A stretch of 64,000 nt of DNA from an uncultured Acidobacteriota bacterium (GTDB lineage: Bacteria > Acidobacteriota > Thermoanaerobaculia > Multivoradales > DATKCC01). The DNA lies in the NCBI GenBank assembly GCA_963837945.1, contig CAWIQD010000013.1, positions 11,707-75,706 on the forward strand. Reading direction: 5' to 3'. Position 1 is the first letter of the stretch, and the number at the start of each line of letters is the position of its first letter. The position numbers were made by a program, and so were the translations under genes. Below, in pieces: positions 57,428 to 64,000 of the stretch. Under the pieces are notes generated by a model, which was not told the origin of the DNA, made no database searches, and was given only the letters and a program-made list of their open reading frames with translations.

Positions 57428-57724
57428 CTAGGAGTCTGCGCGGCAGAAACGCGCAGTCGCGTTGCGAGCGCCCGACCAGCCTTCGGCCGGTGCCCGCCGG
57501 ATACGAGACGCCGCGACGCAGGCGATGCCGAGCCATCGTCGAGGAGCGGGAACGAAGTAGACGGCCGCACGCCGTCGCAACCCATAGGGCGCAAAGGGGT
57601 TACGGGGCGTCTCCCGCGTTGCTCGTTGTCTCCGATGTCCCTGCATCGCTTCCTCCTCGCGCCTTGGATCCACTCCGTAAGACCCTTGCGCGCGGTTACG
57701 TGTTTCTGCCACGCAGACTCCTAG
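57428..57724. repeat. 297-bp element bounded by 23-bp terminal inverted repeats (1 mismatch)
   Basis: CTAGGAGTCTGCGCGGCAGAAAC at 57428-57450 pairs with GTTTCTGCCACGCAGACTCCTAG at 57702-57724. The element sits directly upstream of the kinase start. Confidence 0.8.
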
Positions 57725-57749
57725 CCTCAATCGTGCCGGCCGAGCGCTG

Positions 57750-58187
57750 TCAGCCCTTCGGTGGTGCCGGACACCAGATGCCCGCCCCAACCGGATCGAC
57801 GCCACCTTGCTTGCGCACCGACTCCGTGACGTTGTAATTCGACTCGACCTTCCGGATTGCCCGCCGCACGTCCTTGACCTCGATCATGTGACGACCGGCC
57901 TCCAGAGCCAGGCTGCCCGCGAGCTGGCCGATGGCGCGCAGATAGTCGAGCACGCGCGGGGCGGCCTCCTCCCAGGTGGGTCCTCCTCCCTTCGCCGCGG
58001 CTCCGATGGCCTGCTCGATCGCAGGAAAGTAGTGCTGCCGGACCGCGGAGAGGGCCTTGCGGGAGATCCACTGCGGGGATCCGCCCGCACCCAGAGAGTA
58101 GAAGTACTGGTCCATGACCTGTTCCGCCGGTGACTCGAGAGGTACAGGTACGATCTTCTTCTTCGCCACCTCGTCCTCCTTCCCCAT
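57750..58187 (-). CDS. Hypothetical protein (145 aa), lower-GC
   Basis: The sequence is coherent and not low-complexity (MGKEDEVAKKKIVPVPLESP...RHMIEVKDVRRAIRKVESNYN...). I recognise no family. Confidence 0.55.
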   Translation of the reverse strand: MGKEDEVAKKKIVPVPLESPAEQVMDQYFYSLGAGGSPQWISRKALSAVRQHYFPAIEQAIGAAAKGGGPTWEEAAPRVLDYLRAIGQLAGSLALEAGRHMIEVKDVRRAIRKVESNYNVTESVRKQGGVDPVGAGIWCPAPPKG

Positions 58188-58423
58188 CGCGGGCCGCAAC
58201 TCGATGAGACGCTCCTTCCACCACGCGAGACCGGGCCCGCCCGGCCTCGACGGCGCACGACGTCTTGGACTCCATTCCAGGGTGGATTGTAGCCGACGAA
58301 GTCTCGGACTCCAGACCTCCTGACCTACCCGTCGTAACTGCCTGAAGACACAGGACCGCCCTTCGCGGGCGGTGCGGACCCAAACGTGTCCGCTTTTTCG
58401 GCGTCGCCGAGACCGAATCGGGT

Positions 58424-59838
58424 ATGGCGCCGACGACCGACGACCCCTTCCTGTTTCCGGACCTCGCCGGCCTCCCGGCGGGTGTGATCGCCATCAATGA
58501 CCGCTGCCGGCTCCAGGAGCGCGAGGGCCACCGGGTGGTGAGCGTGTGCGGGCTGGCGCTGGCGCACTTCGCCGTGGGTGACCGGGTGGGCGAGGCCCAC
58601 GCAATGGTGAGCTTGATCGACCTGCGCTGGGCGCGCCAGTGTGAGGTGGCGCGGGCCTTCGGCTACGACGTGCGCACGGTGCGGCGGCACCAGCGGCGGT
58701 TCGAAGAGGGAGGTCTGGCGGCCCTGGGGCGGCCCGGCGGCTGGGCGTCGACGAGAAGGCGGTGCGCAAGCTCGCCCGGCGCCTCGGTTGGCCGGGGCGC
58801 TCGGTCGAGCAAGAGGTCCTGCCCTTCGCAAGCGCGGACCCAAACCTGTCCGCTCCGGACGAGCCCGACGGTGCACAAGCCCAGCTGATCGGGGCCCAGG
58901 CCGTCGCGACCGAGGACGGCCTCGCGGACCCAAACCTGTCCGGTTTCGCCGCTGCGGACGACGCGGGAGCCCCCCGAAAGGGGGCGCAAGCTTGCGAGGT
59001 CGCTGACGCGCCTGCGGCCCCCAGCGTGCCCGCTCCGGCAGGCGATCCCGCCCCGGAGCCGTCCTCGTTCTCGCTCGACCGGGACCCATCCGACCGCTCC
59101 GGCGATCGGCTGTTGGCCCGGCTGGGCCTACTCGAGGACGCGGCACCGCTCTTCGGCACCAGTACTCAGGTGCCCGGCCTGGGGGTCTTGCTGGCGATGC
59201 CCGCCCTGGTGGAGAGCGGTGTGCTCGCGGTGGCCCGCGAGATCTACGGGGGCCTCGGGCCGGCCTTCTACGGGCTGCGCACCACGCTCGTGACCCTGCT
59301 GCTGATGGCGCTCTTGCGGGTCAAGCGGCCCGAGGGGCTCAAGGAGCGCTCGCCCAGCCAGCTCGGCCAAGTGCTCGGCCTCGACCGCGCCCCGGAGGTC
59401 AAGACCTTGCGCCGCAAGCTCGCCCGGCTGGCCGCCCAGGGCCGCGCGGCCGAGCTCGGCCGCGCCCTGGCCCGGCTCCGGGTCGCCACCCGGGGGCACG
59501 CCGTGGGCTTCCTCTACGTCGACGGCCACGTGCGCGCCTACCACGGCGACCGCGAGATCCCGAAGACCCACGTGGCCCGGATGCGCCTCTCGATGCCGGC
59601 CAGCACCGACTACTGGGTCCACGACGCCGAAAGCGAGCCCCTCTTCGTCGTGCCCACCGAGGCCAACCGGGGATTGGTCGAGAGCCTGCCTGGCATCCTC
59701 GCCGAGGTCCGTGAGCTCGTCGGCGAGCGCCGGGTCACCGTCGTCTTCGACCGCGGCGGCTGGAGCCCGAAGCTGTTCGCCCGGATTCTCGCCGACAGCT
59801 TCGACCTGATCACCTACCGCAAGGCGCCCTATCGGTAA
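58424..59838 (+). pseudogene. DDE transposase-like gene, frameshifted (~58738-58746) and 3'-truncated at the IS66 end
   Basis: The HTH-like N-part (..RTVRRHQRRFEEGGLAALGRPGG) continues in the +1 frame as GVDEKAVRKLARRLGW... It then shows LYVDGHVRAYHG and VVFDRGGWSP (DDE-like). The stop TAA lies inside the IS66 terminal repeat. Confidence 0.65.
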
Positions 59839-59906
59839 GCGTCCGGTGAACCCACCCCCTGGCGCTGAGCCCCGCGGCGGGAGCCCGCGGGTGTCCAGCC
59901 AGCCGC

Positions 59907-61444
59907 TCAGGCGGCGGCCCGGGCTTGCGGCTCGAGGGCCTCTGCCCAGGCGGCGGGGGTGAGCTCGGCGACGGCGTTGCGCGGGTGGGTGGGCAGGCGC
60001 TCGAAGAGATCGCGGAGGTAGGCGAAGGGGTCGAGGTCGTGGAGGCGAGCCGAGGCGATCAGGCTGTAGAGGATGGCGGCGCGGCGACCGCCCTCGTCGC
60101 TGCCGGCGAAGAGCCAGTTCTTGCGGCCGACGGCGACGCGGCGTAGTGCCTGTTCGGCGTTGTTGTTATCGATGGCGAGATCGCCGTCGGTGGTGTAGCG
60201 GCGAAGCGCCTGCCACTGGAGCTGGGCGTAGGTGAAGGCTCCGCCCATCGGGCTCTTGGGGATCACCCGCGGGGCCTCCTCCTGGAGCCAGAGGGCGAAG
60301 ACGTCGAGGACCGGCACCGAGTGAGCGCGGCGCATCTCCAGGCGCTTCTCGGGCGCCAGCTCCCGCGCCCGCTTCTCGACCTGGTAGAGCTGGCGCACGA
60401 AGGCGAGCGCGGTCAATCCCCGCTCGGGGTCCGTCGTCCGGGCGTCGTAGAACTTCCTTCGGGCGTGGGCCCAGCAGGCGACCTCGGTGACCGTGCCACC
60501 GGCATAGATTCCGTCATAGCCGCCATAGGCATCGGCCTGGAGAAACCCCGAATAGCCTTCCAAGAAGCGCGCCGGTCCGTCGCGCTTGCGATCCGGGGTG
60601 TAGTCGAAGACCGCGTGGCGGTGGTCCCGGTCTCCGAGGTAGACCCAGAGCCGAGCCGTCCGGGTCTGCTCCCGGCTCCTGTCGAGCACCGGCACCAGCG
60701 TGTCGTCGGTGTGGAGGACCTTCGAGGCCAGGACGTCGCGCTTCATGGCCTCGACCACCGGTGCAGCCAGCGCCGCCGCCGCGCCCACCCAGTCACAGAG
60801 CGTCGAGCGCGAGAGCTCGACACCGTGGCGGGCGAAGATCCCCGCCTGGCGGGCGAGCGGCAGGTGGTCGGCGTACTTGCTGACCACGACGTGGGCCAGA
60901 AGGCCCGGGCCGGGCAGGCCCTTGGCGATCGGCTGGGCCGGCGCGGACGCCGTGACCACCCCGTCCTCGCAGAGTCGGCAGGCGTACTTGCCGCACACGG
61001 TCTCGAGGACGAAGAAGGAGGCCGGGACGTACTCGAGCTGCTCCTTGACCTCCTCGCCGATGCGCACCATCGGGGCACCGCAGCCCCGGCACTGGCGCTC
61101 GTCTTCGGAGGGCTCGTGCTCGACCCGCTTCCTGGCAGGTCCTCCGGCAGCCGCCGGCGGCCGTGGCCCCGACGCCGGGGTCCAGAAGGCGGCGGCTCCT
61201 CGGGGTCGTCGGGCTCTTCCGGGAGCGCCGCGGCGGTGAGGCCCTGGATCTCTCCCAGCGCCAGGGCGAGCTGATTCGGATCGATCCGCTCCGAGCTCCG
61301 GCCGAAGACCCGCCGGGCGAGGGCGTCGATCTGATGTTGCAATTGCTCCTGGCGACGATAGCTTTCCTGGAGCTCTTGATGGAGCTCCGCGATCAATTGC
61401 TTGAGCAGGCCCGGGTCGTCCGGGAGCGTCGCGGGAGGGCTCAT
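59907..61444 (-). pseudogene. tnpC: IS66 transposase TnpC, frameshifted near 61128-61137
   Basis: The N-part MSPPATLPDDPGLLKQLIAELHQEL...GHGRRRLPEDLP is in one frame. RKRVEHEPSEDERQCRGCGAPMVRIGEE...DDT...NNAEQALR is in another frame and runs to the stop at 59907. Confidence 0.85.
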
Positions 61445-61492
61445 TCGATGGACGGATTCTACCTCGGAACCCGTCCGAAGGAAAGGTTTTTT

Positions 61493-61840
61493 TCAGCTCG
61501 CGGCGAGGCGAAATCTCTTGTGCCGGCGGGCTCCGGCGAGGTCGATGCCTTCGAGCAGCAACATCAGCTCCGAAGCCTCCAGCTCGACGCACCCGGACGC
61601 GCCGACGGGCAGGTGGAACACTCCCCGCTCGAGGCGCTTGTACCAGAGACAGAACCCCGTGCGGTCCCAGTACAAGATCTTCACCCGGTCGCCTCGACGA
61701 TTGCGAAAGACGTAGAGGTGTCCCGAGAGTGGCTCCTCGCCGAAGCTGCGCACCGTCGCCGCCAGCCCGTCGAACGAGCGCCGCAGGTCCACCGTGTCGG
61801 TCGCTACGAAGATCTGGACCGCCGGCGGCAGGCTCAGCAC
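61493..61840 (-). CDS. tnpB: IS66 Orf2 (TnpB)
   Basis: [21 protein letters not shown]...[34 protein letters not shown] is the canonical IS66 Orf2 sequence. Confidence 0.92.
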   Translation of the reverse strand: MLSLPPAVQIFVATDTVDLRRSFDGLAATVRSFGEEPLSGHLYVFRNRRGDRVKILYWDRTGFCLWYKRLERGVFHLPVGASGCVELEASELMLLLEGIDLAGARRHKRFRLAAS

Positions 61841-62220
61841 GAGTGGCGCTCCTCGACCACAGCCAGCAGCCGCGCGAGCGACTCCGCCTCGAAGTCCGCC
61901 GGCACCCGGAGGACCAAGCCGCCCGGCAGCTCGATCGCGAAGCCGCCGCCCGTGGGGTCCGGTCCAGGCCGGGGCGAACGCTCCACGATCCGCACCGGGA
62001 CGAACGCCGGGAGCGCCCCCGCCGGCCGGTCCTGCACTCGACCCTCAGCCGGCAGCCGACCCGGAAGGCCCAGCTTCCACTTCCACCAACGAAACGACGC
62101 CACCGCCACCCCGCGCCCGCGACAGAAGGCCGCTTGCGTCAACCCGCTCTCACGCCACTCGCCCACCAACCGCCGCCACTTCGTCCCGCGCTCCGACGAC
62201 TCGACTCGCTTCCGCGCCAT
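61834..62220 (-). CDS. tnpA: IS66 Orf1 (TnpA)
   Basis: [40 protein letters not shown] is the typical IS66 Orf1 HTH. The gene overlaps the tnpB start. Confidence 0.88.
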   Translation of the reverse strand: MARKRVESSERGTKWRRLVGEWRESGLTQAAFCRGRGVAVASFRWWKWKLGLPGRLPAEGRVQDRPAGALPAFVPVRIVERSPRPGPDPTGGGFAIELPGGLVLRVPADFEAESLARLLAVVEERHSC

Positions 62221-62290
62221 GGGTCACCTCCTGGCGCCGATCTTGTCGAGCCGGCCCGGCTGGCGGAAGGTGGGTTGGCCGGACGCTTAC

Positions 62291-62620
62291 GAAACGCTGA
62301 CTGTCAACGCTGCAATTGGTCTCGTTCGGAGCAAGGCGCGACCGGTCACAATCCCAAACATTTGTGATTGCGGAACCTGGAATGGCGGTGCCGTCAATGG
62401 TACGGCTGACGCCACGCTTGTGGTGAACATGGAGCCCACCGGTTCAGAAAGCACTACGGTGCGTGTTTCTGTTGAATGCGTTACCAATTTCTCTGGCCAG
62501 AACCTCTACGGCGCTACAACACGCCGCGAGACGTACGCATGCGCTACGAGAGGGGCGATTGAGAATGAGTTCTGGTCTACGCTCAAGCGTGTCGTTGCCG
62601 CCACGTCCGGAACGCACTAA
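62291..62620 (+). pseudogene. 3' fragment of an unknown gene, abutting the IS66 right end
   Basis: The frame is open from the IS boundary: ..NICDCGTWNGGAVNGTADATLVVNMEPTGSESTTVRVSVECVTNF...EFWSTLKRVVAATSGTH-stop. About 55% GC, with no start codon. Confidence 0.45.
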
Positions 62621-62728
62621 CTCTGCGCGTTCGTCGCCTAACCATTCGTTTGAGCCGACGCGCCAAGTACGCTGCGGCTCGCTTCGCTCGATAGCCGTTG
62701 CGGGGCGCGCGGCTCAACTCAGGATCCG

Positions 62729-62908
62729 TTAGGCGCTTGAGCGCCGGCGGGGCGTTGGCTCGTCGGCAGTGACCTTGCCGGCCAACCTCTCCTGGATGTA
62801 TCGTTGCTGCTCCTCATGGGTCATGGTCATCAGGTTGCGGCTCAGGTCGTCGCGGATCTGGCGCATCATTGCGATGGCGTCAAGACTCTTGTTCTTCGTT
62901 CTTGGCAT
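62729..62908 (-). CDS. Small protein downstream of the PIN gene (putative antitoxin-like partner)
   Basis: The sequence is MPRTKNKSLDAIAMMRQIRDDLSRNLMTMTHEEQQRYIQERL... It overlaps the PIN gene's 3' end. ATG 62923 is the alternative start. Confidence 0.55.
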   Translation of the reverse strand: MPRTKNKSLDAIAMMRQIRDDLSRNLMTMTHEEQQRYIQERLAGKVTADEPTPRRRSSA

Positions 62909-63359
62909 AAGCCACCACCTCACGAGGGGTCCGTATCTCGAGGAGTGGATACTCCTCTCGTAGGTTTACCGAGTTGAAGCCATGAATCCTTCGAAGATTC
63001 ACGATGTGCTTGAAGTTCCAGCTGACCAGCACGTCGGCGCGATGGACGGTAGCTGCCGCGATGTGCTGGGCGTCGGCAAGCATCGGGGCTCCAACAACGC
63101 CGGAAGCGATGTAGAGATCCGCCAGACTTCGCGCATCTTCTCCAAGCTCGATCATCTCGACCGAGCTGGGGGGCAGGGAGTCAACCAACCGAGCGACGCG
63201 ACCGGGAGCACCGAGAAGCTCCAGCCGAGTCAGATCCGACAGGAGAAGCAGGTCGGAGCCTTCCTTGAAGCGCTTGAAGAGTTGCCGCGAGGCCTCACGA
63301 AACTCCTCGTCGTAGTAGCCGCCGAAGACAGCGGTGTCGGTGTAGATTCGTCGTCTCAT
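62880..63359 (-). CDS. PIN-domain protein
   Basis: MRRRIYTDTAVFGG (first acidic residue), DAQHIAAATVHRADVLVSWNFKH. About 159 aa. Confidence 0.7.
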   Translation of the reverse strand: MRRRIYTDTAVFGGYYDEEFREASRQLFKRFKEGSDLLLLSDLTRLELLGAPGRVARLVDSLPPSSVEMIELGEDARSLADLYIASGVVGAPMLADAQHIAAATVHRADVLVSWNFKHIVNLRRIHGFNSVNLREEYPLLEIRTPREVVAYAKNEEQES

Positions 63360-63531
63360 CGATTCTCGCCAAGGCGACAGCGTATAACCCATCGCTGCAG
63401 CGGTCGCCCGTCTGGTCGCGTGGCCCCCATGGCGCCCTCTATGCTAGCATCTCCGGTGATCGTTGAAGTGCTGGTGGGCGGACGCCGCTGAGCTCAAACC
63501 CGTGTGCGCACATCGAGCCCGAGAGTATATC

Positions 63532-63972
63532 ATGATTATCTACAGCATCGAAATTGATCGGCCTCCCCGCGAGGTCTTCGCCTATATCGACGAACTCGAT
63601 CGTCATAGCGAGTGGCAGGACGCCATTCTCAAGGCGCGCAAGGAACCGAGCGGTCCTACCCGCCTCGGCACCCGCAACTTCGAAACACGTCGGATTCCTG
63701 GTGGACCGCGCGAGTTCGTATCCGAGGTGATCGAACACGATCCACCCCGGCGCATCGTCGCACAGAGCCTGAGCGGACCGGTGCGCCCGAAGGTAACGGT
63801 CACCATCGAACCACTCGACAACAGTTCCCGATCGCGATTCACCCTGCAACTAGAGGTGAAGGGGTATGGGATCGGGAAGATCTTTGCGCTTTTCGCACGC
63901 CGGTCCGCCCGGGATCAGATCCCGCGTGACCAGGCGCGACTGAAGCAGATCTTGGAGGGTCGGGCGGGATGA
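63532..63972 (+). CDS. SRPBCC (START/polyketide cyclase-like) family protein
   Basis: IEIDRPPREVFAYIDELDRHSEWQDAI... is the typical SRPBCC N-terminus. 146 aa. Confidence 0.75.
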   Translation: MIIYSIEIDRPPREVFAYIDELDRHSEWQDAILKARKEPSGPTRLGTRNFETRRIPGGPREFVSEVIEHDPPRRIVAQSLSGPVRPKVTVTIEPLDNSSRSRFTLQLEVKGYGIGKIFALFARRSARDQIPRDQARLKQILEGRAG

Positions 63973-64000
63973 ACGTGAATTCATTGCGTCGTAGGTCGAT

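Larger units (their letters stand above)
59835..62290 (-). mobile_element. IS66-family insertion sequence (2456 bp)
   Basis: The terminal inverted repeats are GTAAGCGTCCGGTGAACCCACC (59835-) and the reverse complement of 62290- (GTAAGCGTCCGGCCAACCCACC), matching 20 of 22. The element has the three-ORF tnpA-tnpB-tnpC organisation. There is no 8-bp target duplication (CCCTATCG versus GAAACGCT). Confidence 0.88.

Noticed and set aside
57750-58187. Histone-fold or nucleoid protein, because of ...IEVKDVRRAIRKV...
   Set aside because: A single short resemblance is insufficient evidence. I left it as hypothetical.

Overview
This is a bacterial chromosomal segment of about 70% GC. An ADOP-type FtsX permease remnant and a TIGR03436-like VWFA fragment point to an Acidobacteriota-like host, but that is inference only. 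I support about 50 genes from motifs read directly in the translations.

The first 41 kb is mostly core functions:
- imuB (partial) and dnaE2
- an SNF-family transporter, fdhD, a PAP2 phosphatase and an EamA transporter
- an L,D-transpeptidase, an M23 peptidase and a Ca2+/H+ antiporter
- a polyprenyl synthase and an MrfA-like helicase fused to an exonuclease
- lepB, an OmpA-like lipoprotein, rocD, a dienelactone hydrolase and a CusF-like protein
- hemF, typA and dcp

The 41-64 kb part is eroded accessory DNA:
- vapBC and a truncated MNT gene
- a frameshifted Y1/IS200-like transposase
- a VWA / VIT-VWA-LPPTG / Gram-negative-type sortase operon
- toxin and permease remnants
- a PD40 pseudogene
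- an FHA-GAF-PP2C phosphatase paired with a membrane Ser/Thr kinase
- a truncated DDE transposase-like gene abutting a 2.46-kb IS66 element
- a PIN module

The most unusual locus is at 26.5-31.2 kb. A paraoxonase/arylesterase-like propeller is translationally coupled there to a 1108-aa protein. In that protein a patatin lipase domain is split by about 8 TM helices and fused to a C-terminal GNAT domain.

Intergenic space carries at least three dispersed repeat families: REP-like hairpins including a perfect 40-bp inverted pair, a 61-63-bp G-tract/hairpin unit repeated 5 times in tandem, and roughly 105-bp direct repeats. There are also several isolated inverted-repeat elements. At least 7 genes carry single-nucleotide frameshifts, and all of them are accessory or mobile genes.

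I recognised no rRNA, tRNA or CRISPR array. All family assignments come from motif recognition by eye, not from database searches.
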